Source: the human T2T-CHM13v2.0 reference genome, Homo sapiens
Length of the DNA stretch: 64,000 nt
Assembly (NCBI RefSeq): GCF_009914755.1
Contig: NC_060929.1
Strand: one strand, 5' to 3'
Within the stretch, counting starts at the first letter, position 1; each line of letters begins with the position of its first letter. Below, in pieces: positions 1 through 12,227 of the stretch. The position numbers and the translations under genes were made by a program. The notes under the pieces were generated by a model. It had not been told where the DNA came from and did no database searches. It saw only the letters and a list, made by a program, of their open reading frames with translations.

Positions 1-830
1 TTTTTTGCAATGTTTTACTTTCCTTTTGCAATGTTATATAGACTTAAGTGTTCGCGTCTTGCATATCTTTTGTTATTTTTATTCTTGAATATTTTTATGC
101 TATTTGAAATTGAAGTTTAAAAATTTTTATTATTAACTGTTTTTTTGCTAACATATAGAAATACCAGTTTTTATATTGACTTTGTATCCTGCAATCTTGC
201 TAAATTTATTCATTAGATTTAATACCTTTTTTGTGGATTCCTTATGATTTTCTACCTAGCCGATCACGTCATTTGCAAAGAAGGACATCTTTACTTCTCC
301 CTTTCTTATTCGCATGCTTTCTGTTTTCTTTGCTTGTCTTATTGCACTGGCCAAAATATCTAATACGATGTTTTTTGTTTGTTTGTTTGTTTGTTTGTTT
401 TGAGACGGAGTCTCGCTCTGTCGCCCAGGCTGGAGTGCAGTGGCACTATCTTGGCTCACTGCAAGCTCCTTCTCCTGGATTCACGCCATTCTCCTGCCTC
501 AGCCTCCTGAGTAGGTGGGACTACAGGCGCCCGCCACCACGCCCAGCTATTTTTTTTTTTTTTTTTTTTTTTGTCTAATACGATGTTTAAAAGAGTTTGG
601 GAGAAGACAATCCTTGCCTTATTACTGATCTTTGAGTATGGTATTAGCTGTAGGTCTTTCATAGGTGCCCCTAATCAAGTTGGTATGTTCTCCTTTGTTC
701 CTAGTTTACTGAGTTTTTATTATGGAATTGTTTTGTCAAACATTTTTCTACATCTATTGCAATGACTACATTTTTTTTTCTCCTATACTATTTTGATATG
801 GTGAATTGAATTGGCTGTTTGTGTTCCAGG
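1..830 (-). mobile_element. Old L1 (L1M-type) ORF2 fragment, interrupted by an Alu
   Basis: T-rich antisense L1 texture; the minus frame gives '[16 protein letters not shown]', resembling the L1 RT motif around 'EVKLSLFADDMI'. Confidence 0.8.
374..573 (-). mobile_element. 5'-truncated AluY-like element (right monomer plus A-linker) with (TTTG)n tail
   Basis: gagacggagtctcgctctgtcgcccaggctggagtgcagtgg...; perfect 15-bp TSD tctaatacgatgttt at 359-373 and 574-588. Confidence 0.95.
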
Positions 831-3389
831 AACATGTAAATAATTGAACCTAAACTGCAAAGTGAAGGATAGAACATTTAATGATAATAGTATCATTAAA
901 AATGGAAAATAAAAACATGTGTCTTAATATTACTTACTTAACGCACCCTTTTAAAAAAATCAGCAGAAAAACACCAAATGCTAGACATCTGAGTTAGTAT
1001 GGGTAGGAATGGGGTCTGTTCAAAGAGGAGATATTATCTAATGTTTTTCTTTCTTTTCTGATTTTTAAATTTTTCATGTTTATTGAAAGTACTCATTTTT
1101 GCTTTGACATTATGTTACAAAGTTGACAACTCAATATTAAATTCCATTAAATGAATTCAAATCATTTGCTTAAAATCACATATTTTTTCTATAGAAAAGG
1201 AGCTTGTCATCAGGTAACTTGTAGGTACCTCATTATGTAGAAAAATTGTATTACCAGCTAAAAGTTTTAGCAGTGATTCATTCTCATTTATAATAAAAAC
1301 AAAAATATTCCTGTGATTAAATTTAGCTGTAGTATTTGGCTACATCCTGATGCTTTTGATTCCATGAATGTTTAATTTCATTCTAGAGAGAAAACATTTG
1401 GGTGATTAGGGGCAGGACTAAGCACCCATACTCACAAAAACTGAACACAAAATGAAACAATTCATCATGCAGAAAATAGTCTCCATAAAAATACAGTTTC
1501 CTGAAAGGTAAATTATAAAAGTATGCATTTACCCAATCATTTTAAATGCCATAATTATACAGGCTGCTCATCAAAAGACTTTTAGGATTCATTAAAATCA
1601 TAAAACAATTCTAATTAAATCCATATTTAAATTAAGTTTCTATAACTAACCTACATGGTACTTTAAATCAAACAAAAAAAGTTGTATAAAAGATCCAATT
1701 AATTGTAAGTTTTTGTAAGAATTAAAGCCTAATTACTCTATGATTAAGTTTCTCCAAAATGTAATCATCAATGGCTCTATTCAGAAGAATTAGCCTTCTG
1801 TACCCCAGATGCCAGCGGAGTGCTGCAGCCTGTCTTTGACACCAGCAAACCTATTCATCTGAAATCAGCATGACTGTGGAAACTTTACCTCCACCCCCAC
1901 TGGGGATCCAAGTGGAGAGACCAAACAAAGCTGCATATTTTATACAGATAAATGTCTCCCTATCTGCACAGTTCCCTATCTGATTAAATAGATTCATGTT
2001 CATCAGTGAATTAAAAAATCAATCGTCAGAGCAGGTTTTAGAAACAATGGCTATTTCAAAGATTCCCAAGTCAATGGGAAAAGATGCACAAAAAAAGAAT
2101 AAGATTTGCAGCTTACAGAGAAAGCGAACTAGGCGTTCTAACTCTATGCAACTCTTCTTTCTTACTTAGCTACTTGAAATGTTTTTCATTTTTATTAGTC
2201 CAACTTCCCACGGGAAAGAAAATAAAAAAGCTCTGTGACATCGCTGCCTCTTGTGTGTTTTCCAAAACTAATTAACCCTATGAAGTTATTAGGACAGCAT
2301 CATTTTTTTCTATCACATCACACAAGGTGAAGGTCACTTGTATAATATTCTTGGCTTCATTCATGTAGTGCATATCCCACAAAATATAATTTACTGTAAT
2401 TTCCCCAGTGCCCTGATAGCCAAGTGATTAGTTATTATGGTACATAAAAAGTTCAGACATATTACATATGATTTATAACCTCTATTTCTGATAATCTAAT
2501 TTTCTTTTATGGTAAAAAGAAATATACTATATATGTTTTATAGATTGTTATTTTGAGGAAATCACTATTTAAAGTATCTTTTTATATGGATTCCGCTGAT
2601 TGCAAGGCCTCTGGAAGCTGAAGCATCCAAATGATTGGGATATAAGGGTAGTTCTTTATCTACTTAATGAGACTTTTTTTTTAACTACCCTTACCTGCGC
2701 CAGTGGCAGAATGTTTGTCTGGTCACAGGTCAAGTCAGGCCAGCACTACCTGCCATCCACCCTGTAGGCATTAGTGAAGAAATGATAGCTCTGGACAAAC
2801 ACAATTGGGTATAGAATCTAGCCACAGCGGTTATTTCCTTCCCCTCAGGTACACTCTCCCTGACTCAAGAAACCCCCAGCTCTTTGCCACAGAAACCTTA
2901 CCCTTTTATATGTGGAGTTGGCTTTCTCTGCTTTTAGAGAAGGGATTTTTAGAGCTATAACACATACATTTCTAGAACGCAGTTCCCTTCTCACTTCCTC
3001 TCCCCAATTACTATATTATCTTCATTTTTGCAGTGATCAAATTTTGTTACATGAATGCTAGCCTCAGTTGATTACATTAAAATGGTTTCTATAATACAAG
3101 AAAGCTCCCCCTAGTTGATTTGAGAGGTTCACATACAGTTATCACAGAAAAGGGTAGGTCTCAAAAAGGAAATCTGAGCAGCTTAGCTAGGTGAAAGAAA
3201 GGACAGTCCCTTCATCCTGTTCCTGACTGTGAAGAGGTGAGCACATGAATGAAGCTGCACCTACCATGAGGGCGTGCCAGAACCCAGGGGGAGGCCTCTT
3301 TTTCCTCTGTATCAGGTATAAAATGGAACAGCATCTGTGACCTCTAGTGATCAGAATGCCACATTGAAAAGTCACACAGCTAATAATAA

Positions 3390-3600
3390 TGGCTGTTAAT
3401 TATTAAGTACTTACAAAATACATGTATTGACCCTTTAAATCCTCACACTTATGAATTAGTATGATTTTCCAACTTTTATAGCTGATGAAACTGAGGCCAG
3501 AGGGGTGAAGTAATTCAGCCAAGGTTACACAGCTAGCAAATGGCAGCGCAGAGTTTTGAACTCAGGAAGTCTGGCTCTACTATCTATTCTCTTAACCATT
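3390..3600 (-). mobile_element. MIR SINE
   Basis: gatgaaactgaggccagaggggtgaagtaattcagccaaggttacacagctag is the reverse complement of the MIR core. Confidence 0.85.
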
Positions 3601-3639
3601 CTGTATCCTGTTCTTTCAATTCTTTGTACTCTGTGCTTA

Positions 3640-3880
3640 TTTAATAGCAAATACTTACATTGCACTGAAAATATGTCAGGCACTCATCTAAGAACTTTAT
3701 TAAATCTACTTAGATCTCACAACAACCCTATGAAATATGTACTGTTATCATTCTCATTCTTTAGATTAGAAAACTGAGGCACAGAGATGTTGAGTACCTT
3801 GCAAAGGTTATGAAGCTAGGAAATGGAAGAGACTGGATTCAAACCAAAGTGGCCTAGTTCTGGAGTCCATGCTCTGTACC
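3640..3880 (-). mobile_element. MIR SINE (second copy, tandem to the previous one)
   Basis: ctcacaacaaccctatga...gaaaactgaggcacagaga...ggattcaaacc, MIR antisense. Confidence 0.85.
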
Positions 3881-4269
3881 ACCTCCTGTTTATTTTCTTG
3901 TCATCTCTTAGCACTTTGTGAAATGTCTTAAAGATTTAGTCTGCCCCAATTTGTTCTAAAGGGGAATAAAGGATAACTGTTTGTCCTGCTGAAGCCAGAG
4001 CACCCAAAAGCATATTATTTGGGGATAGGGCTGGGGATGTGGAGGCAGGAGATAGGGAAGAGCAGAATCATGATCACCTGCACAAACAAACCCAAGGTAA
4101 AGGTCAAACCAATAGAGACAGAACAGCTGGTCAATTTCCCTCCCTAGACAAAGGTTCTCCTTCCAGGGCTCACTTTGGAGATACTGGTTTTATTTTTCCT
4201 AGGAGAGGAAGCAGCTGCTTGCAGACAATGTCTCCTCTCTGCCCTCCCCAGGCTCCTGCTAACCCCTCA

Positions 4270-4620
4270 TGCTGAAAGCCATTCTTTTATTGGCCTTCAC
4301 ACCACTCTCCTGGCTTTTCTTCTCATGTCCTGACCACCCCTCTTGGTGGGTTTATTTCTGATTGAGTCCCTCTGCCTTCCATTCTATGACAGTGGATAGC
4401 ATCCTCAGCAAATTCAGTCCTTGGGTATGCTTTCTCCCCTCTCTCTCACTGGGATCTCACTGAGTTTAACTATCACCATGAGGCCAGTGACCCCCAAATA
4501 GTAGTCTCTTTGGAATACCTGCCCCCTTCTCCAGCTATGTGAGGTGTATTCACTCAGCCATCTTCTTGTCACTTCAAATTCTAGAAATCCAAAGTGGAGT
4601 GAATATTCCACCTCCAAGCC
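4270..4620 (+). mobile_element. L2 fragment
   Basis: Pyrimidine-rich L2 texture (accactctcctggcttttct..., actatcacc...gtgacccccaaat, cacttcaaatt). Confidence 0.55.
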
Positions 4621-4959
4621 AACGGCTGGCCACCCATCTGTCTCTGTCAGGGCCACCACCAGGCCGCAGAGGGACAGTCTGGATCTGATGGGCCTTACCT
4701 CTTCCTGCTTTGCCATTATTCACTCTTCCTTGCTGCTGCTTTTACCTATCAAGATTACATCTTCTCATTCCCCTAACCTAAATCCTTCACATATTTCTGG
4801 ACCCATATTCAATTTCCACAAAATCTTCTCTGATTACTTTGGCTCTCAGTGATCTCTCACCTCCTTCACACTTAATGTCTGCACTACAAAATGTAGCATT
4901 TAATCACTTCTGTCTTGTATTTTTTGCCATGTGTTCATCTTTTCTTAGAGCTAACTCTA

Positions 4960-5165
4960 GCTAAGTATATACTGCACTGCATGTCAGGCACTGGGGTACT
5001 GTCCATACATCATTTCACCAAATCCTCATGATGACTCTGTGGGGTTTCATAATATTCTCCAGATTAGAGATAACGGTGCTGAGTTTAAGAGAGATGAGGT
5101 AACTTACTCAAGGTCACAACGCAAAATGGAGGAGGTAAAATTCTTACCCACTTCTGTCTGACTAC
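4960..5165 (-). mobile_element. MIR SINE
   Basis: tgtcaggcactggg...aatcctcatga...ggtaacttactcaaggtcaca. Confidence 0.7.
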
Positions 5166-5951
5166 AAATTAACAATCTCTGTACTCCCCGTGGTGACTGA
5201 CTGAATCCAATTCCTTTAAGCTAATTTTTCAAATTCTTGAATTTGATTTCCCTATGAAGGAATCTGGGTTATAGTTAAATCCTATTCCAAACAAGATAAG
5301 GCAGAAATAAATGAATACATAAGTGTAGCATCAATGATTTCTATAAGCCAATCCAATAAATTCTAATGCAGATTTTTGAATTGATAATTTCATACCATCA
5401 ATACAGAACACAAAAATGTAATAATTACCACAAATTTAAAAATTAATTATTTTTCTTCTAAAACAGTTTAATAGCAAATAAACAAAGGAAGGTACCACAC
5501 TTGGCAGATACAAAATGACTTTTTGTCTGTGTGTGTGCAATTAAAACAGATTTAGGTTCCCTGTTGGGATAAAAGGAAAAGCATATAGAAAAAAAGGAGA
5601 TTCCTTTTAAACACATGCTCCCTGGCTCCAAAATTGTAACAACGTTTTTTTTTTCTTCTTTTTAAATTCACTACACAAATTCTGATTAGGTAAGAAAAGT
5701 GACAAGAGCTCTTTTTTTTTTTAAATTTAATTTTATCCAGTTTGAAACATTTGAGAATCACCAACAAAGGGACATATGTTATAGTCACATGTAATATAAA
5801 GTTGTATAAAATTAACATTTGAAAGAAAAATTTAGTTACCAAAGTCATGATTCTTAGCTCTTTTCTTCAAACTTTTTCTTCTTTAACAGGATATGGCTGC
5901 ATTACTACCTCACTAGGTAGTAACCTTACTCATGGATACATTAAGTGACAA

Positions 5952-6401
5952 CAGTGGCAGATGCTGTTGGAAATCTGCCCATGGCCCCTCAGTGCCCCTT
6001 ACCAATTCTGTGCCCTGCAGCCCAACCACCAATGGCCAGCACCTGCATCTCTGCAGGAGGGTTGCTTCCAGGCTGTTGGAATCTACTCTGTCAGGGTACA
6101 TGCGATTTCAGCTAAGTAGCCCTTAGCTGAAAATGAAGGTTGTGGGGATATACGGACCTCGGCTCCCTTACTCCTTAGCCAGGTTAATTCTGAGGTGTGT
6201 TTTATACTATTTCCAAGGCATTCCTTAGGGAATGAAGCTTCACTTGCCCATTGGGTAGCTGGCTTAATTTTGCACACTACTGGCTACATATTTTTTCCTG
6301 TATCAGCTCTACTCCCCTGCTAATGTCCCTGTACTTCCCATATAACCTTACAATGTAATCCTAATCTTGAGGTCAGCTTTTGGAGGAATCCAACTAAGTC
6401 A
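5952..6401 (+). mobile_element. ERVL solo LTR, LTR16-like
   Basis: Starts gtggcagatgctgttgg, contains aattctgaggtgtgttttata, ends tcttgaggtcagcttttggaggaatccaactaagtca, as in LTR16-family LTRs. Confidence 0.7.
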
Positions 6402-6517
6402 TCAAGCATAATAACATACAATATCAAAATATTAAAATCATCACAATCTTCTTTTGCTTTGTAATTTCTGTTCCACTTCCCTTTATTTCTGCTTTATTTT
6501 CTACTGACGAAACTTCT

Positions 6518-9500
6518 TTTTTTTTTTTTAACTTTATTTTAGGTCCAGAGGGTACATGTGCAGGTTTGTTAAATGGGTAAATAGAATGTCATGGGGGTTT
6601 GATGTACAGATTATTTTATCACCCAGGTAATGAGCATAGTATCAGATAGGTAGTTTTTCGACCCTTATCCTCCTTCCACCCTTTCACCTCAAGATGTCCC
6701 CAATGTCTATTGTTCCCATCTTTGTTTCCACATGTATTCAATGTTAAGCTCTCACTTATAAATTAGAACTTGCAGTATTTGGTTTTTTGTTCCTGCATTA
6801 ATTTACTTAGGATAATGGCCTCCAGCTCCATCCATGTTGCTGCAAAGAACATTATTTCATTTTTTTTACAGCTATGTAGTATTCCATAGTGTATATGTAC
6901 CACATTTTCTTTACTCAATCCATTGTTGATGGCCACATAGATTGATTCCATGTCTTTGCTATTGTGAATAGTGTGGCAATGAATATACAAGTGCATGTGT
7001 CTTTTTGGTAGAATGATTTATATTCCTTTGGGTATGTACCCAGGAATGGGATTGCTAAGTTCAAAGGTAGTTCTGTTTTATATTCATTGAGAAATCTCCA
7101 AACTGTTTTCTGCAGTGACTGAACTAATTTACATCCCCACCAGCAGTGTATGAGCATTCCCATTTTGCCACACCTTGTCAACATCTGGTGTGTCTTGACT
7201 TTTTAATAATAGCCATTCTGACTGGTGTGAGATAGTATCTCACTGTGGTTTTGATTTGCATTTCTTGAATGATTCGTGATGTTGACCATTTTTTTCACAT
7301 GCTTGTTGGCCATGTGTATGTCTTCTTTTGAGAAGTGTCTGCTCATGTCCTTTGTACATATTCTAATGGGATTGTTTGTTTTTTTGCTTGTTGATTTAAG
7401 TTCCTTATAGATTCTGGATATGAGACCTTTCTCTGATGCATAGTTTGGAAATATTTTCTCCTATTCTGTAGGTTGTCTGTTTACTCTGTTGATAGTTTCT
7501 TTTGTTGTGCAGAAGATTGTTAGTTTAATTAGGTCCCACTTTCTATTTGTGGTTTTGTTGCAATTGCAATTGCTTTTGGGGACTTCATCATGAAATTGTT
7601 GCCAAGGCCAATGTCCAGAATGGCATTTCCTAGATTTTCTTCTAGGGTTTTTATAGTTTTAGGTCTTACATTTAAGTCTTTAATCCATCATGAGTTGATT
7701 TTTTTGTGCATAGGGAAAGGAAAGGATCTAGTTTCAATCTTCTGCATATGGCTAGCCGGTTATCCCAGCACCACTTACTGAATGAGTTCTTTCCTCATTG
7801 CTTGTTATTGCTGACTTTGTCAAAGATCAGATGGTTGTAGGTGTGAAGTTTTATTTCTGGATTCTCTAATCTGTTCCATTGGTCTATGTGTCTGTCTTTG
7901 TATCAGTACCATGCTGTTTGGTTACCATAGCATTGTAATATAGTTTGAAGTAAGGTAGTGTGAAGCCTCTGGCTTTGTTCTTTTTGCTGAGGGTTGCTTT
8001 GGCTATTTGGTTTCTTGTTCAGTTCCATATGGATTTTAGAATAGTTTTTTTCTAGTTCTGTGTAAAATGACATTGGTAGTTTGACAGAACATTAAGTCTG
8101 AAAATTACTTTGGGCAGTATGACATTTTAATAATATTGATTCTTCCTATTAATAAGCATGGAATGTTTTTCCATGGGTTTGTGTCATCTCTAATTTCTTT
8201 CAGCAGTGTTTTGTAATTTCTATTGTAGAGATCTTTATCTTCCCTGTATTCCTAGGTATTTTATTCCTTTTGTGGCTACTCGGAATGGGATTGCATTCCT
8301 GATTTGGCTCTCAGCTTGGATGTTATCAGTGTTTAGAAATGCTACTGATTTTTGGACTTTGATTTTGTATCCTGAATCTTTACTGAAGTTATCAGTTCTA
8401 AGAGCCTTTGGGCAGAGACTGTGGTGTTTTCTAGGGGTAGAATCATATTGTCTGCAAAGAGAGAGAGTTTAAATTTTTTTTTTTTTTAAATTTTTGTCTG
8501 CCTACATTGATTCAAAGGAGTGGTCTTCCATCATCCTCAGCAAACTAACACAGGAACAGAAAACCAAACACTGCATGTTCTCACTCATAAGTGGGAGTTG
8601 AACAATGAGAACACAGGGACACAGGGAGGGGAACATCACACACTGGGGCCTGTCAGGGGGTGGGAGGCAAGGGGATGGAGAGCATTAGGACAAATACCTA
8701 ATGCATACAGGGCTTAAAACCTAGATGATGGGTTGATAGGTGCAGCAAACCATGGCACATGTACACCTATGTGCCTAGATAACCAACCGGTACGTTCTGC
8801 ACATGTATCCCAAAACTTACAGTAAACAACAACAACAACAAAGGGGTGGTCTTTGGTCTTTGAGCTCTGAGATTCTTTCCTCAGCTTGGTCTATTCTGCT
8901 ATCAACACTTTCAATTGTATTATGAAATTCCTGTTGTGAATTTTTTCACTTCCAGAAGTTCAATTTGGTTCTTTCTTAAAATGACTATGTTGTTTTTCAA
9001 CTTTTGGATCATTTTACTCTTTTCCTTAGATTGGGTTTCAAACTTCTCCTGTATCTTTTTGAGCTTTCTTGCCATCCAGATTCTAAATTCGATATCTGTC
9101 ATTTCATCCATTTCAGTCTGGTTAAGAACCATTGGTGGGGAGCTAGTATGATCATTTTGAGGTAAGAAGACACTCTCGCTTTTAGAGTTGCCAGAATTCT
9201 TGTGTTGGTTCTTTCTCATCTGTGTAGGCTGATGTTCCTTTAATCTTTTTGAATGTCCTGGGATGGGGCTTTTTGCTTTTATATTTTTTGTGCCCTTGAA
9301 GGTTTACTGTAGTATAAGTTGGGTTTATTCAACTGTCTTAATTTCTGCATGCCTCCAGGGGGCCAAGGCTTTTCTCAGCACTCCTGGGCTGTGTGCTCTA
9401 ACCCTGGGGGGCAGGGACCAGGCCCTTGGCTTTGTTCTCTGGTCCCTCAAGGTCAAGCACCTGTTGCACCAGAGGAGCCAAGGTACTCCCAGTTTTCTGA

Positions 9501-10573
9501 CAAAAACACCCCAATGAGGACTGCCAGCAAAAGTGCTCTGATGGGGAAGGGGGGTGTGGGCAAGTGTGCACCAGTGAGGCAGCTGAGGGTAACTGCATAC
9601 TGACAGAGTGGTTGGGGGCATGGGTGTGTGTACACCAGTGGGGAAGTTGGGGGACCACACACACGTACAATAGTGGGGTGGCTGTGGGCATGTGTGTATC
9701 AGTGAGGCAGTGGTGAGTTCCCCCATGCATGCATACCAGTGTGGCAGCACTCATGTGCTGGTGGGATGGTGGGAGGAGCCTGTGGGTGAGTACATGTCAG
9801 TTGGGGGATGCTGCAGGCAAGTGCATGCTGGCGGGGGAGGCTGCAGCAAAGTGCGCACCAGTGGAGGTCTGTCTGCAAAAGCACTCTGATGGGAGGGCGA
9901 CAGCTATCAGCTAAAGAATTGTGGTGGTGGCCACTGGAAAGTGCTTTAGTGGGGAAGCTGAGGCTGTGCTGTAAGTTGGTGTGGCCAGACAGGGACCCTG
10001 GGAGAGACTGGCAGACAGAGGGTCATTCAGACCAGACTGGCCCAGTCCTGCAGGCATTACAGCACTATTCTCTCCAGGTCTGGCAGCTAACAAAGGCTAT
10101 AGCCACCTAGAGAAGAGTGGTGAGCCTTGGGGTTGGGCACCCACGGCCATGTTCCACTGCAGCTGTCCCCACGCCAAACCTTGTAGGCTCCATGCAAACT
10201 GGAGTTCTGTCTCTGCCAACTCTCTGGGTAGTTCTCCCTGCCAACTCAAATGTCTGTGTGGGTCATAGGGGTCTCCCATAGCTATGATCCTGGAGATCCG
10301 TGATAAGAGTGGGCTGCTCCACACCAATTTTACTCACCCCTTTCCTAGGAGCTCCTCAGGGCCAGGAATAAGCCTTAGTGCTTGGCAACCCAGTGCAGGG
10401 TTTCTAGCTTCCTCCCCTGTCAGCCCTGTGGTCTGCATCCTTCCTCTATCCACTCTCAATGCCTGCTTTTCGAAGATCTGCTCAGAGTGTCAGTCTACTT
10501 GATGTTCTTTTCTCTGTTGGTGGGAGAAGCTCTTCCTAGTTGCATCCAGTCAGCCATCTTGGCCCTTTCTCCT
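6518..10573 (-). mobile_element. Older primate L1 (about L1PA13-16) with 5'UTR, ORF1 N-terminus, ORF2 C-terminus and 3'UTR; centre deleted
   Basis: Poly-T and 3'UTR at 6518; ORF2 C-terminal peptides (6763-7184, 'AATWMELEAIILSKLMQEQKTKY'); ORF1 N-terminus (8920-9219, 'MRKNQHKNSGNSK'); 5' end cagccatcttggcc (YY1-type GGCCAAGATGGCTG); degenerate TSD tactgacgaaacttct (6502-6517) / tactgctaaacttct (10574-10588). Confidence 0.92.
8528..8838 (+). mobile_element. 5'-truncated L1PA (about PA7/8) 3' end nested in the older L1
   Basis: L1PA 3'UTR (ctcactcataagtgggagttgaacaatgagaac...), (CAA)n tail, TSD caaaggagtggtctt (8513-8527) / caaaggggtggtctt (8839-8853). Confidence 0.93.
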
Positions 10574-11001
10574 TACTGCTAAACTTCTGATATCATGACC
10601 ATTCTATGCTTATAGAACTAGGCAAAAGGAAATAGGAAATATTTGAGGGAGGGGGCGGGCTACTTAAGGTGGGTAGGCAGTCATCCAAATAAAACAGAAC
10701 CAGCACTAGAACTCAGGACCCTTGACCTGCAAACTGGATAAGGTTACACATCTCATTCTACTATTTATCCTTATTTTTCCTAAAATGAAGCAAAACAAAC
10801 CAAACTGAAACCAATTCACAAAGAAAGACAACTCCCATACCAGTATAACTATTATCTCCTACTCCTACTCCTTAAATTTCTGCTCCCTTTTATGTTGACG
10901 CTCCTTTTTCTTGATTTCTTTTTTCCTGCTATATTCCTCACTTAGAGGACACAGGTCCATTGTTCCTCAAAGCTGCTATTTCTCTAGAAATATAGAATTT
11001 A

Positions 11002-11004
<3 letters not shown>

Positions 11005-11044
<40 letters not shown>
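11005..11044. repeat. (TA)n microsatellite
   Basis: Direct read. Confidence 0.95.
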
Positions 11045-11437
11045 CAGGACCTTAAGTGATTAATTTCTTTAACTTTTTAGATCAAGTTCTTTTTATTAAA
11101 CTGTAGCAGTATCTGCATAAAAATACTTTGTGGAAGCATAATATGTAAAGCATAAAAAATAGAACTATTTTGGTTGAAGTGGAAGGAACAGGTGCTTGAG
11201 ACTCTGAGAGTGACCCACAGAACCATCAGCTATAAAAGAACAGAAAGCAGTGGCCATCTGGGAAGATGTAATAAATTTACATGTAATTAATATAATAATT
11301 AATGTAATAGATTTAATAAATGTATAACTTATTATACATTTGTATAATGTAAGATTAAATTAATTAATGTAATAGATTTAATAAAATGCAGTGGGGCCTC
11401 AGTATCCACAGCCTTGTTCTTAGTCTTGCCAGGAGTT

Positions 11438-12227
11438 GTGTTAATAAAAAACTATTCAATGACACTTTAAAAAAAAATTAAGACACGATCTTGCTCCGTC
11501 ACCCAGCCTGGAGTGCAGTGGCATGGTCACGGCCTACTGCAGCCTTGATCCTTTGTGCTCAAGTGGTCATCCTGCCTCAGCCTTCTGAGTAGCCTGGAAT
11601 ACAGGTGCATGCCACCTTGCCTTGCTAATTAAAAAAAAGGTTGTTTTTTTTTGTTTTTTTGGTTTTTTGGTTTTTTTTTTTTGGTAGAGACGAGGTATTG
11701 CTATGTTACCCAGTCTGGTCTTGGATTAAAGTGTTGGGATTACAGATGTGGGCTACCACGCCCCACCATGAAACTTATTAAAGCTCAGTAAGGAAAACTT
11801 TATTCAGAACCATTGTGATCGGTATAGGGACCACTTCAATGGGGTCTTGCAGTGAAGGACAGAGATTGGGCTTAACTCCAAATACAGCGTGGGCAAATCA
11901 GAATTTATAGCTAAGGAGCAGTGTGGGGGTCAGTGGATAGATAATTACTAAGTGGAAACATCAGGGGTAAAGGGTCTTCTGGGTAAACTGACCTATCAGG
12001 ATTCTTGCTGAAGACAAGCCAGGGTGATCAGACGTCACTTGGGGGATGATGGGTAGAGGATGAGAGTATCTAAGATAATCAGATATTAAAGATAGGGGGT
12101 TCTGGCTAAACTGATTTAGCAAGGTTCTTTTGCTAAAACTGGATTTAACAAGGAAGTGCACAGATGGACCTAGGAGAATTTTCAGAATCCTGACTAAAAT
12201 TTGGCAAAGCCAAAGAATATTTGGTCA
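11438..12227 (-). mobile_element. MER31-like ERV1 solo LTR, interrupted by an AluJ
   Basis: The reverse complement begins tgaccaaatattctttggctttgccaaattttagtcaggattctgaaaattctcctaggtccatctgtgcacttccttg, matching the MER31 5' end. Confidence 0.8.
11478..11767 (-). mobile_element. AluJ-type element with a deletion in the left arm
   Basis: Diverged dimeric Alu; 'ctggtcttggattaaagtgttgggattaca' lacks the expected intervening segment; flanks atgacactt / atgaaactt. Confidence 0.88.

Noticed and set aside
3390-3880. Tandem MIR pair as a possible local duplication
   Set aside because: The copies share only consensus features and I see no shared flank, unlike the 54-57 kb pair; likely independent insertions.
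9263-10582. Dense overlapping ORFs on both strands
   Set aside because: Explained by the GC-rich, stop-poor L1 5'UTR.
11270-11390. AT-rich 25-bp direct repeat plus a 10-bp hairpin
   Set aside because: Low-complexity AT sequence; slippage explains it.
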